From contig JANNBC010000016.1 in NCBI GenBank assembly GCA_031385045.1, positions 15,375-79,374 of the forward strand: a DNA stretch of 64,000 bases, given 5' to 3'. Positions 9,325 to 19,058 of this stretch are shown here, in pieces (within the stretch, counting starts at the first letter, position 1; every line of letters begins with the position of its first letter). Both the position numbers and the translations under genes were made by a program. Source of the DNA: a bacterium (lineage in GTDB: Bacteria > Bdellovibrionota_C > UBA2361 > CALJRW01). The notes under the pieces were generated by a model that ran no database searches, was not told where the DNA came from, and saw nothing but the letters and a program-made list of their open reading frames with translations.

Positions 9325-10707
9325 TTAGGCCAAGTCTTCTTTTATTTTCTCTCTTAGTAGTTTGAGGTAACGTTTAAATTTGGCGTCCTTGGAATCAACT
9401 TTTTGGCTATCAAGTACGGGCAATTCAATTTTCATTGGGTCAACATATTTGCCATCAACATAGAAACTGTAATGTAAGTGTGGACCGCTGGAAAGACCAG
9501 TTGTTCCCACATAGCCAATTACGTCTCCCCGGGCAACTTTAAATCCTTTTTTCACACCTGGAGCAATCTTAGAAAGATGGAGGTAGGCAGTCGAATAGTG
9601 TGGAGAATGTTTTAACTTAATCCAATTACCATTTGCACGATGATAGCTAGCTTCATCAACTTGCGCATCAGCTACTGCTCGCACAGGAGTTCCTGTTGGG
9701 GCTGCAAAATCAACTCCATTGTGTGGACGACTAATTTTTAAAACTGGGTGGAAGCGACTTGTAGTAAAGACTGAGGAAATTCTAGAAAATTTCACGGGAT
9801 ATCTTAAAAAGAAATTACCAATTGCTATACCTTTCTGATCAAAATATTGGTTTTTACCCTGCTCGTTCGGAATATTAATTGCAATATATGCTTTGCCTCT
9901 AGCTGTTACAGATGCCGCCCTAACCTTTCCAGGTGCTAGGATTTTTCCATTATCAAGAGAGCGCTGATCATAAATTACAGTAAATGTATCTCCTGGATGA
10001 ATATCTTTTGTGAAAGCAATTTTACTCCCAAAGATATCTACAATTTCATCAACAATGTCATAGGAGAGTTGATGGCTCTCAGCCGTTGCGGCAATTGAAT
10101 TTTGAATAGCAAAGCTTACTTTTACTTCTTCGACTCTAATTTCGGGGATAATTTGTTCTACTCGGTATTCTAAAAGTTCCGGATCGTAAAGTAATGAAAC
10201 CTTGGCTCCATCGCTGATCGTTTTAGAAAGCCGTGTAAGAACATTGTTTCGAGCTTCTATTTCTATCTTTGAACCTGATCGTAACAGTTGATTGATATTG
10301 AAGTCAGAGTCTTTAAAGGCCTTTTCAGCTTGCAGCGCAAGGCTAGTATCAACGCCAAATTTATTCCAAATTGTTGATAAGGTATCTCCAGGGCTTACAA
10401 TATATTCAACAAAATCAGGTCGATAGATCGATTGGAGGCCGTCAGTATTATACAATTGCTCGCTATCAAGGCTAGCTCGTACTTGATCAAAGTCAATTGG
10501 CAAATCGCTTTCCAGGCTTCCCCAGACGCTTTCAGAAGAAAGTAAGTCTTGATCTTCCAGATCTAGGAACTGATCTTCTTGGATTGCTCTTTGTTCTGTG
10601 CGTGTGCTTTGCTGATTAAGGGAACTAAGGTTATAATAGGCATTTAAGGCTAAGAATCCAAAAACTGAACCTATAATAAAGAAGATGAAACTTTGTCGAA
10701 ACGGCAT
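9325..10707 (-). CDS. M23 family metallopeptidase with an N-terminal membrane anchor and a LysM/OapA-like segment
   Basis: 'HNGVDFAAPTGTPV' and 'GPHLHYSFYVDGKYVDP' (LytM-type zinc site). 'YIVSPGDTLSTIWNKFGV' is LysM-like. Confidence 0.85.
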   Translation of the reverse strand: MPFRQSFIFFIIGSVFGFLALNAYYNLSSLNQQSTRTEQRAIQEDQFLDLEDQDLLSSESVWGSLESDLPIDFDQVRASLDSEQLYNTDGLQSIYRPDFVEYIVSPGDTLSTIWNKFGVDTSLALQAEKAFKDSDFNINQLLRSGSKIEIEARNNVLTRLSKTISDGAKVSLLYDPELLEYRVEQIIPEIRVEEVKVSFAIQNSIAATAESHQLSYDIVDEIVDIFGSKIAFTKDIHPGDTFTVIYDQRSLDNGKILAPGKVRAASVTARGKAYIAINIPNEQGKNQYFDQKGIAIGNFFLRYPVKFSRISSVFTTSRFHPVLKISRPHNGVDFAAPTGTPVRAVADAQVDEASYHRANGNWIKLKHSPHYSTAYLHLSKIAPGVKKGFKVARGDVIGYVGTTGLSSGPHLHYSFYVDGKYVDPMKIELPVLDSQKVDSKDAKFKRYLKLLREKIKEDLA

Positions 10708-10814
10708 GGAGAAATCGCTTTAATAATTTTCGATAATCAAAGCCTACTATAGTGGATTGCTGGAAATTAAGAAAGTTTTTGAGGAACTTCTCTTAAAAAC
10801 CACAAATATTTAAC

Positions 10815-11225
10815 ATGAAATCAAAAAAATACTTAGGACTTGATGTCGGAGAGCGAATTGTTGGTTTAGCAATTGGCGACTTGCAGTCAAAGTTAGTCTT
10901 TCCGCGTAAGGCCTTGGACTTAAAGCAAGTTGATGCGAAAAAAGTTCTCAGCCAAATGTTAATTGATGATGCTCTTACTGGTTTTGTCGTTGGTTGGCCA
11001 CAAAACAGCGATGGGAGCAAAAGTTTACAGTGTGCTAAAATTGAAAAATTTGTTAATAATTTAAAACTTCCCGAGCATTTTGAGGTACATTATATTAATG
11101 AGTATGCCTCTAGCTTAGAAGCTCAGAGTCGCTTTCGAGCCTTTGGGGTTAAAAAAGTCGGTCGAGAAATAATCGATTCAACTGCCGCAATTATTATTTT
11201 AGAGTCGTTTTTTAATAGATGTTAA
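10815..11225 (+). CDS. ruvX: putative pre-16S rRNA nuclease / Holliday-junction-resolvase-like YqgF
   Basis: 136 aa. 'YLGLDVGERIVGLAIGD' is the N-terminal RNase-H-fold motif. Confidence 0.85.
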   Translation: MKSKKYLGLDVGERIVGLAIGDLQSKLVFPRKALDLKQVDAKKVLSQMLIDDALTGFVVGWPQNSDGSKSLQCAKIEKFVNNLKLPEHFEVHYINEYASSLEAQSRFRAFGVKKVGREIIDSTAAIIILESFFNRC

Positions 11226-12373
11226 AGTTATTATTAAGAATTTTTGTTGTCTTAGGTATCCCGGCTCTAGTTGGTATAGCATTCTTTCTTTTTTTAAGAA
11301 GTTATTTTTTCACTCCTTTTATCCCAGAGAGTGATAAGGTGTTCTTAGTTGAACTGGCTTCCGGTAGTAGCTTTCGATCCTTCTGTGATCAGCTAGAGTC
11401 AAAAGGCATTATTCGAAGTGCCTGGATGCTTGATTTTATTTCTCAAGTTAAGAAAAGCGATACAAAAATTAAGGCTGGGGAATATCAACTTTCTCCGGCA
11501 ATGTCTCCGCAAGATATTCTAAATAAACTTAGCAAGGGCGAGGTCTTTAAAAGGATTCTGACTGTTAAAGAAGGAATGGATATATGGCAAATTGCTAAAG
11601 CTTTAGAGGATGCTCAAATACTACTGGGTACTGAATTCATCCAAGCTGTACAGGATCGAATGTTATTAGATAAATTGGAAGTTACTGCTCCTTCTCTGGA
11701 AGGTTATCTTTTCCCTGAGACATATCATTTCTCTGGCAAACAGACTGCTCTCGCAGTGATTTGGACCATGGTGGAGCAATTCTATAAAAAATGGAAACCA
11801 GAATATGATCAAAGATTAACCGAATTAAACTTATCTAAGCATGAGATAATTACGCTCGCTTCTATTATTGAAAAAGAATCAGGTAATCAATCAGAGCAAC
11901 CGCTAATTTCCTCTGTATTTCACAATCGCTTGCGAAGTGGCATGAAGCTAGAGTCTGATCCAACATTAGTTTATGGATTGCAAGATTTTAATGGTGTTGT
12001 GCTTAATAAGCATAAGGAAACTGAGTCTCCTTACAATACTTATAAAAATTTTGGATTACCTCCTGGACCAATTGCGAATCCTGGGCAGAGTGCTATTCGA
12101 GCTGCCCTATATCCAGAAGATAGCGATTTTTTATTTTTCGTAGCAGATGGTAAGGGCGGACATAAGTTTTCCACAAATCTTCGGGAGCATAATGACGCTG
12201 TTCGTGATTATCGCAATATGATTAGAGAAGCTAAGGAAGCTTCTGCCAATGCTGCTAGTGATGCACCAGTGGCAGAGCCCGCAGTAGTTACTGAAGTAGC
12301 AGAATCTGCGGTGGCGGAAGTTCCAGCCAGTAATGAAAATTTGGAGGCTAGTGAATCTCCAGCAACAAATTAA
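11219..12373 (+). CDS. mltG: endolytic murein transglycosylase MltG (YceG)
   Basis: N-terminal TM helix. 'LASIIEKESG....PLISSVFHNRL..GMKLESDPTLVYG'. Has an A/E/V-rich C-terminal extension. Confidence 0.9.
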   Translation: MLKLLLRIFVVLGIPALVGIAFFLFLRSYFFTPFIPESDKVFLVELASGSSFRSFCDQLESKGIIRSAWMLDFISQVKKSDTKIKAGEYQLSPAMSPQDILNKLSKGEVFKRILTVKEGMDIWQIAKALEDAQILLGTEFIQAVQDRMLLDKLEVTAPSLEGYLFPETYHFSGKQTALAVIWTMVEQFYKKWKPEYDQRLTELNLSKHEIITLASIIEKESGNQSEQPLISSVFHNRLRSGMKLESDPTLVYGLQDFNGVVLNKHKETESPYNTYKNFGLPPGPIANPGQSAIRAALYPEDSDFLFFVADGKGGHKFSTNLREHNDAVRDYRNMIREAKEASANAASDAPVAEPAVVTEVAESAVAEVPASNENLEASESPATN

Positions 12374-14252
12374 ATTACTACAAGATCGCTTTCTAAAGTT
12401 TAAGCGCCAAAACTTATTGGCCTTGATTTTGATTCTTGTTATAAATTTTTCTGCGCTGTTATTTTTTCTATATGTGTCTTACTGGCTAGGCCTCGGACTG
12501 TTTCTAGCTATTATTCCTAATGCCTATTTCTTAATTCGAAATTACCGGCGACTTAATACTCCGTCTGCCCAGCAGTGGGCCGTTTTGATAGATGAAGAGT
12601 GTCAAGGTGGAAGTCGATTGACTGCTTTAAACCAATTGCAAGAAGCGAGTTTGGAGGATTCTGATGTTGCTAAATTTATCGCCCAACAAGTCGTAGACGA
12701 GAAGATTTCTTTTGCTAAAGTTAATCAAATTTATTTTAAAAGATCTCGTAGTCTGAAGTTAAATCTTTATAGTTTACCAGTTCTTTTAATTATTTGTTTG
12801 ATCTTATTTTTTCTATTTAAGGATAACTTTATTGAGCCTGCGCTGGATAAAAGTCTTTTTGCTCCAGAAATTAAAGTTTTGCAAGAAATAGTTGCGGAGA
12901 AGCAACTACCACCGGAACTAAACGAGAAGTTAGAGAAGCTATTAAATAATTTAAGTTCAAAAGATTCCAGCCTAAGTGAGGTAAAGGAAAAGTTAGCCGA
13001 AGCTGAACAAAAATTAGCAGAGCAGCAATCTAAGGAAGAACAAGAAAAACAAATAGAAAAAAAAGAAGCTGAGTCGAAGGAAGAAAAACAAAAAAAATCT
13101 GAAGAACAAAAACAAGAACAGCAAGAAGAAGAAAAAAAGAAAGATCAGCAGGAAGAATCTGAAAAGCAAGATCAAAAAGAAGAGAGTGGTGAGAAATCTG
13201 AAACTGCTGCAGAAACTAAATCAGGCAAAAAAGACAATCAAAAAGGTGAGCAACAATCTGGCCAGGAAGACCAGCAAGGGGAAAAGGGAGGAGAGAAACA
13301 GTCCGATCAAAAATCTGCAGAAGGTAAAGAAAAGTCTGAAGGGGGAAGTGGGGATAGTAAAGACTCTGGAAAGCAAGAAGGTGGTCAGCAGGAATCTAAA
13401 GCTGAGCAAAAGGGTGGCGAGAAAGGCGAACAGCCAGGAGAAAATTCGCAGAGTGATAAGAAGTCGCAGTCTGCTAGTAAGGAGTCCCAAGAAGGAGAAG
13501 GATCAGATAAAAGTGATCAGACTGGTAGTCAGCAAGAATCTAAAGATGGAAAGTCTAAGGAAGATGCCAAGCAAGAAGGTGGCAAAGAGCAAGGTAATTC
13601 TCAAGAAGGTAAGGGTGGTAAACCACAACAAAAATCTGGTGGTGAAGGAGAGAAAAAAGCCGAACAGGTAATGGATCAACTAAAAGAAAAAATCTCTAAA
13701 CTAGAGCAGGAAAAAAAAGAATCTTCCACCAAGGAAGGAAAAGAGAATAAGCCAGAGAAGCCTCAAGAAGGACAGTCCGGTGAGGGTGGTGGTAAGGCCT
13801 CAGAAAAAAAAGACAAACAGGATCCCGCTAAGTCACCAGATAATTCTAAGAAGCAAGAGAGTCAGAATAAATCAGAGGAAAAATCTAAGGAGTCTTCTGC
13901 TTCTGGAGAAGGCGATGCTAGTGAACCTCCGAGTTCGGAGAATAAAGAGTCGGAAAGTAAAATGCCAGGTAAGCAAGGAGCCGCTGCCAGTGGAAAAGAG
14001 GGCGATCCAGGTGCGGGTGATGACGCTCCCAAGATTGATGAAGGAGAATTAAAGTATCAGGATGTGAAAATTACGGAAGACCCAGAAGGCATTGATCAAA
14101 AATTTGCAACTGGAGATGCTGAAATTAAAAAAGGCCAAGAAGGTCAAGAGTATCGCATTACTCAAGAAGAGTTAGAGCTCAGTCGTCCTACTGCTCCCAC
14201 TAAAAGCAAGCAAATTAAGATTCCAATGGAATATCAGGATATTCTAAAGTAA
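12333..14252 (+). CDS. membrane protein with a ~370-aa K/E/Q/G/S-rich low-complexity region (function unknown)
   Basis: 639 aa. Two N-terminal TM helices plus one more, then an extreme charged low-complexity tract at roughly nt 12950-14050. Overlaps the mltG stop by 41 nt, so the start is uncertain. Confidence 0.6.
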   Translation: MKIWRLVNLQQQIKLLQDRFLKFKRQNLLALILILVINFSALLFFLYVSYWLGLGLFLAIIPNAYFLIRNYRRLNTPSAQQWAVLIDEECQGGSRLTALNQLQEASLEDSDVAKFIAQQVVDEKISFAKVNQIYFKRSRSLKLNLYSLPVLLIICLILFFLFKDNFIEPALDKSLFAPEIKVLQEIVAEKQLPPELNEKLEKLLNNLSSKDSSLSEVKEKLAEAEQKLAEQQSKEEQEKQIEKKEAESKEEKQKKSEEQKQEQQEEEKKKDQQEESEKQDQKEESGEKSETAAETKSGKKDNQKGEQQSGQEDQQGEKGGEKQSDQKSAEGKEKSEGGSGDSKDSGKQEGGQQESKAEQKGGEKGEQPGENSQSDKKSQSASKESQEGEGSDKSDQTGSQQESKDGKSKEDAKQEGGKEQGNSQEGKGGKPQQKSGGEGEKKAEQVMDQLKEKISKLEQEKKESSTKEGKENKPEKPQEGQSGEGGGKASEKKDKQDPAKSPDNSKKQESQNKSEEKSKESSASGEGDASEPPSSENKESESKMPGKQGAAASGKEGDPGAGDDAPKIDEGELKYQDVKITEDPEGIDQKFATGDAEIKKGQEGQEYRITQEELELSRPTAPTKSKQIKIPMEYQDILK

Positions 14253-14254
14253 GA

Positions 14255-15286
14255 CTATTTGATTGGAAAGAAGCGTTCTTTAAATCTTGCTAAGTCGGCT
14301 GTGCTACCAAAATAACAAACCAAATCTTTACCGTAATTTTCTAAGAAAACAGGAGTTACTTTGATAGTAAAATCTTTACCAGCAATTAGTTTGGGAACTT
14401 CGATCTCCAGTAGATTACTAAAGTGTCTAGAATCTTCCTGGCTTGCTCCAGTAATTTTAGAAGCAATTGTAGCATGAGTCCCACTTACCGCTACTGTTTT
14501 ATCAAAAGTTGTGCTGCCAGCACTTTTTCTAAGGAAGCTTACTAAATCTGATTTAAGTGCGTATACTTGATCAGGAGTTTTTTTAGCTTCAGCTGTAAAT
14601 AAGTTTTTAATTCTTAACTCTACGGCACCACCAACTAGCTGGCGTTCTTTAAATTGTTCAGCTTTTGGAGTAGCGGCCCCAATCTTGGATAAATGTCCTT
14701 TAAAACCTAATGAGGCTTGATTTTCTAGATCGCTTGGTGAGAGTTCGATTGTAGGGTAACTTTTTTGAATTCTAGCAAGAACGTCTGGATCGCTTGGCTT
14801 AAGAAAAGCAATAGTAACAGCAGCTGCCTCTACTGTAGCTTCTCTGATTGGACGAAGCTCGGTCCGATCTTTTAGCGTCGCTAAGTAAAATCCTTTGTCT
14901 TCTTTTATGGAGACAGTCTCTGTCGCTTTTTCTAAATTACCTGGGCTTAATTTAGATTGTATGTCAGCAACAATATCATTTAGCGTACGACCATGGGCAC
15001 TAACAACCACTAAGCCTTGTTGTTGAGCTAATTCTAGATAATTTAATTTAGCAGTAACTTTGCCTAAGTCTTTTCCCGTTTCAACTTTTAAGTCATTCAA
15101 GTCGGACTGAATTCCTCTAGTCTTTATTATTAACCCGATAGAAGAAATAGCAGCTAAACTAAGGGCCGCAATAGTAACTCCCGTTACTACATTTCGAGCG
15201 TTGAAAGTCCCTTCAGACTTACGGTCAGCTCTAGGAAGCTGTCTAACTGGGTGTCCTTCTGCGTAAGGATCATTTGATTGAGGCAT
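14255..15286 (-). CDS. hypothetical membrane-anchored protein
   Basis: 343-aa ORF with a single TM helix (VVTGVTIAALSLAAISSIGLII). No recognisable catalytic motif. Confidence 0.55.
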   Translation of the reverse strand: MPQSNDPYAEGHPVRQLPRADRKSEGTFNARNVVTGVTIAALSLAAISSIGLIIKTRGIQSDLNDLKVETGKDLGKVTAKLNYLELAQQQGLVVVSAHGRTLNDIVADIQSKLSPGNLEKATETVSIKEDKGFYLATLKDRTELRPIREATVEAAAVTIAFLKPSDPDVLARIQKSYPTIELSPSDLENQASLGFKGHLSKIGAATPKAEQFKERQLVGGAVELRIKNLFTAEAKKTPDQVYALKSDLVSFLRKSAGSTTFDKTVAVSGTHATIASKITGASQEDSRHFSNLLEIEVPKLIAGKDFTIKVTPVFLENYGKDLVCYFGSTADLARFKERFFPIK

Positions 15287-15406
15287 GTTAAATCTCTGAC
15301 TGTAAGTAAAATGAAAAACAATGTATTCTATGTTATATCGCTTACTTAAGCAAAAACCTTAAGTAGTTTTTGCTAGTATATATTTTCCATATAAAGTTCC
15401 TAAGCT

Positions 15407-16396
15407 ATGAGTAATATTGAAGAAAGACTGAATAATTTTCGAGAGACCTTTGGTCAAGTGGAGTCCGAAATTAGCAAGGTTATTGTCGGACAAAAGGACA
15501 TTATTAGAGGAACGCTGGGAGCCATTTTTAGCGGAGGACACGTCCTACTTGAAGGTGTACCAGGGTTAGGTAAGACACTTTTAGTTAATTCAATCGCTAG
15601 GGCACTAGGCTTAAACTTTAAGCGGATTCAATTCACTCCAGATTTAATGCCCAGTGATATTACTGGAACAGAGATCTTAAATGAAGGTGATGACGGCAAG
15701 AAGCAATTTATTTTTATGCCAGGGCCACTTTTTGCCAATATCATTTTAGCTGATGAAATTAACCGAGCTACTGCCAAAACTCAGGCTGCTTTGTTAGAAG
15801 CGATGGAGGAAAAACAGATTACAGTCATGGGGAAAACTCATCCGCTCCAAACTCCGTTCTTTGTTTTGGCAACGCAAAATCCTGTTGAGCTAGAAGGTAC
15901 TTACCCTCTACCAGAGGCTCAGTTAGATCGTTTTATGATTAAGTTAGTTCTTAAGTTGCCGAGTGAGCCAGAGATGCAAGAGATCCTAACTAGAACCACA
16001 GGTTCTAATATTCCTCTAGCAACTGCGGTACTAGAAGAATTTAATCCGGCAGAAAAAATTAATGAATTAAAATCTTTAGTTCGTGAAGTGGTTGTACCTA
16101 AGCCCTTACAAGAAGTTTTGGTGCGAATGCTTTCTGCTTTAAATCCTGATTCCAATTTTGCAACAGAAAAAGTTAAGAAATATGTTAGGTTTGGATCAGG
16201 TCCACGCGGTGCGCAAGCAACAGTCCTTTTTTCTAAAGTGTCAGCTTTACTGGCCGGACGAATGAATATCGACTTTGTTGATTTGCAAACTGCATTAATT
16301 CCTTGCCTCCGTCATCGCTTGATTCTTAACTTTCAAGCTGAAGCTGAAGGCGTTACTGCGGAAGAAATTATTTCAGAAATTGTTAAAGCTAAGTAA
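15407..16396 (+). CDS. MoxR-family AAA+ ATPase
   Basis: 'GHVLLEGVPGLGKT' (Walker A), 'ILADEINRA' (Walker B) and 'ATQNP.E.EGTYPLPEAQLDRF'. Confidence 0.92.
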   Translation: MSNIEERLNNFRETFGQVESEISKVIVGQKDIIRGTLGAIFSGGHVLLEGVPGLGKTLLVNSIARALGLNFKRIQFTPDLMPSDITGTEILNEGDDGKKQFIFMPGPLFANIILADEINRATAKTQAALLEAMEEKQITVMGKTHPLQTPFFVLATQNPVELEGTYPLPEAQLDRFMIKLVLKLPSEPEMQEILTRTTGSNIPLATAVLEEFNPAEKINELKSLVREVVVPKPLQEVLVRMLSALNPDSNFATEKVKKYVRFGSGPRGAQATVLFSKVSALLAGRMNIDFVDLQTALIPCLRHRLILNFQAEAEGVTAEEIISEIVKAK

Positions 16397-16401
16397 GATC
16401 T

Positions 16402-17271
16402 ATGCCTTTGCCTGAATCCTTTACACCGCAACTCTTAAGACAGCTAGAGTTGCAACAAGTTAAAGCGCGCAAAGCTTTTCTAGGTTCACGGCAAGGAGCC
16501 CATTATTCTCCCAAGCGCGGACATGGAATTGAATTTTCTGATTTTAGGCAGTATCAACCAGGCGATGATCTAAGACATATTGATTGGAACTTAGTTGCTC
16601 GCTCAGAACGCTTTTACATCAAACGTTTTAGGGAAGAACAGGACCTTTTGGTGCATTTGATCCTCGATAATTCGGCCTCCATGTTTAATCCCGGAGCTGC
16701 CAAGTGGAATCGAGTAGTGGAGCTGGCTTTGGCAATTGGCTACTTATCTAGCATGCAACAAGATCGCTTGCAGTTAGCGGTTCCGGGGCATTTTATAGGC
16801 AAAAAGTATTCTGGTAAAAACTTAGTTTATAAATTAGCCGATGACTTGAATTTGGTTCGTAGTAACCCAACAGTGACATTTGATGCCGATTTAAAACTGA
16901 GCTTTACTGCCACAAATTTTCCAGGTGTTGCCTACTATATCTCGGACTTTTTAGATGATCCTGAAAAGATTAAAGCCAATTTCCAAACTTTACTTGCTCG
17001 TAATTTAGATTTGCGAGTGATTCAAGTTTTAACTCCGGAAGAAAAACTTCCTCAGATTGGCACAAAGATGATTGCCATCGATAGTGAGACTGGGCAGGAA
17101 GTTCCCTTAGAAGTAACCGCGAGTAGTTTAGTCGAGTATCAGAAGGCTTTTAATGCTCATCAAAAAGATTGGCAAGAGTATGCCTATCAGCGACAAATCG
17201 CTTGGTATAGTTGTGATACAAGTGAAAAGCTAGCCGATATTTGCAGGTCTGTTTTGGGAGTTAGTAAATGA
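16402..17271 (+). CDS. DUF58 domain protein (MoxR-associated)
   Basis: 'FRQYQPGDDLRHIDWN' is the DUF58 signature. Lies immediately downstream of the MoxR gene. Confidence 0.85.
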   Translation: MPLPESFTPQLLRQLELQQVKARKAFLGSRQGAHYSPKRGHGIEFSDFRQYQPGDDLRHIDWNLVARSERFYIKRFREEQDLLVHLILDNSASMFNPGAAKWNRVVELALAIGYLSSMQQDRLQLAVPGHFIGKKYSGKNLVYKLADDLNLVRSNPTVTFDADLKLSFTATNFPGVAYYISDFLDDPEKIKANFQTLLARNLDLRVIQVLTPEEKLPQIGTKMIAIDSETGQEVPLEVTASSLVEYQKAFNAHQKDWQEYAYQRQIAWYSCDTSEKLADICRSVLGVSK

Positions 17272-19058
17272 ATCTTGGTTTTACTGCCCCAGGATTTTTG
17301 TTATTAGCATTTCCTGCAATTGGGTTTTTAATTTTCGCCTATCTAAATCGTGGACAAGCAAAGCGCCAATTTGTATCCAGCACAATTATCTTTAAGCAAC
17401 TAAAGAATCGACCGAATGTGCGCGAGAAAGTAAAATTACCTTGGAGATTTTTTTATGAATTATTACTTTTAACATTATTACTTTTAGCAATTGCCGGATT
17501 TTATTGGCAATCACCTGGGAAATATTGGCAGGTGATTATTGATAATTCTTTAAGTCTTTCTGCTGTTGCTGATGCTAGCAGTTCTAGAAATATCTTGGCC
17601 TTAAATATTGCGCAATTAAAAAATGATCGGCAAGATCGCTTTAAGAATTTGTCAGGAATAAAAGTTTGTCTTACGGCTCCCAGCTTTCAATGTTGGTCCG
17701 AAGGATTTGAATCTTGGGAAGCGGTAAGCTCGAAATTAAATAATATTCCAGCTATTCCAGCGAATGATTCACTAGAAAGTGTCCTGGGATCCTTAACAAT
17801 TGCTCCCAAAGTAAATTTAACAATTTACAGTGATTACTTAAGTAATAGTCGACAATCTAATAATTTTAGACTTTCTACAGTTCGTACTGGAGAACTTGGT
17901 AATTTAGCGATTACAGAAATTATCTCTCGCCCGAATCATACAGTTAGTGTTGGTATTCAAGCATTCGTATCTACGCCAATTCAAAAAAAGGTTAAACTTT
18001 ATTCTTTAGTGGAAAATTCCAAAGGATTAGAAGTCGCTGAAATTAAAGAGGCGAACTTTAAAGCTAATCCAGAAGAGAAAGTTTTTGTAGATTTTAAGAT
18101 TTTTAATAACATTAGAGCTGTAATTGCTGAAATTGATCCTGCTGGAATAAGCTCGGCAATTGATGCTATTAGTGCTGATAATATTAGTTATCAAGTAATA
18201 AATCAGCAGGTAAGTGCTGCCGTATTATTAGTAAGTAAAAATTCCCTTGCTGAAAGTGGATTGGAGGCAGTCTTTCCTGGGAAGCTTAAGTTGCTATCTC
18301 CGGAGGAATATCAAGCAGTTCCAGAAGATGCTCAGAAATATTCTTTGATAATTTTTGATAATTATATACCGAGTAAGTTTCCTAGCTCCAATCATCTAAT
18401 TGTTGCCAGCAATGCTGAGCCTGGTGTGTTAGAAACAACTTTACAGAGGTCCCCGAAGATTACTAGTTGGGACAAAGAGAGTTCTTTGCTTCGGTATTTA
18501 TCCCCCGATAATTTTAGCTTTAAAAATGTTTGGTCAGCGAAGCTGCCGAGCTGGTTCCAACCTGTGATTACTAGTAATAATCAGACGATTCTGGCAACTG
18601 GTTTCCAAGGTCCGATTAGATCGATTTATTGGGGGTTTCCCTTATTGCCACTTGAGAAAAGTAATAATCAAGCACTAGCAATACTTAGTCTGAATGCCTT
18701 TAAGTGGCTAGAAGAAGAGAGCCAGTCTCCACTTAGTTTTCAGGGCGAAACTTTGGCCTATGTTTTAAAAGACCAACAGTTGGAATCTGAGAAGATTAAT
18801 GGCAATTGGGAATTAGCTGCTGGTATTATTCAAAGTGTCAGTGAAAATAAAGTTAATTTTATTGCTAAAAATTTCTACTCTGAAGAAGAATCTAATTTAT
18901 TGGCAGTTAGAAAAATTGCCCTTCCAATATTAACAAGAAACTCAGACAAATCCGATTTAATTAATACCAATCCCAATCTAAATCAGCTGATCTGGCTAGC
19001 TTGGTTAATGTTACTGGCGTCTTTCTTTATTTGGCGAAAGGGGAAAGCAAAAGCATGA
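17268..19058 (+). CDS. BatA-like membrane protein (aerotolerance-regulator N-terminal double-TM domain)
   Basis: The N-terminus 'FTAPGFLLLAFPAIGFLIFAYL' plus a second TM helix is typical of the BatA N-terminal domain. Has a C-terminal TM helix. Start and stop overlap the neighbouring genes, consistent with an operon. Confidence 0.65.
   Translation: MNLGFTAPGFLLLAFPAIGFLIFAYLNRGQAKRQFVSSTIIFKQLKNRPNVREKVKLPWRFFYELLLLTLLLLAIAGFYWQSPGKYWQVIIDNSLSLSAVADASSSRNILALNIAQLKNDRQDRFKNLSGIKVCLTAPSFQCWSEGFESWEAVSSKLNNIPAIPANDSLESVLGSLTIAPKVNLTIYSDYLSNSRQSNNFRLSTVRTGELGNLAITEIISRPNHTVSVGIQAFVSTPIQKKVKLYSLVENSKGLEVAEIKEANFKANPEEKVFVDFKIFNNIRAVIAEIDPAGISSAIDAISADNISYQVINQQVSAAVLLVSKNSLAESGLEAVFPGKLKLLSPEEYQAVPEDAQKYSLIIFDNYIPSKFPSSNHLIVASNAEPGVLETTLQRSPKITSWDKESSLLRYLSPDNFSFKNVWSAKLPSWFQPVITSNNQTILATGFQGPIRSIYWGFPLLPLEKSNNQALAILSLNAFKWLEEESQSPLSFQGETLAYVLKDQQLESEKINGNWELAAGIIQSVSENKVNFIAKNFYSEEESNLLAVRKIALPILTRNSDKSDLINTNPNLNQLIWLAWLMLLASFFIWRKGKAKA

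Noticed and set aside
10793-11020. 75-aa minus-strand ORF
   Set aside because: It is antisense to ruvX, which has a clear family motif.
13186-14052. ORFs 13186-13671 (+), 13221-13490 (-) and 13780-14052 (+) inside the 639-aa gene
   Set aside because: These are alternative-frame readings of the K/E/Q/G/S low-complexity tract. Repetitive purine-rich codons keep several frames open, and the products are basic or hydrophobic nonsense.
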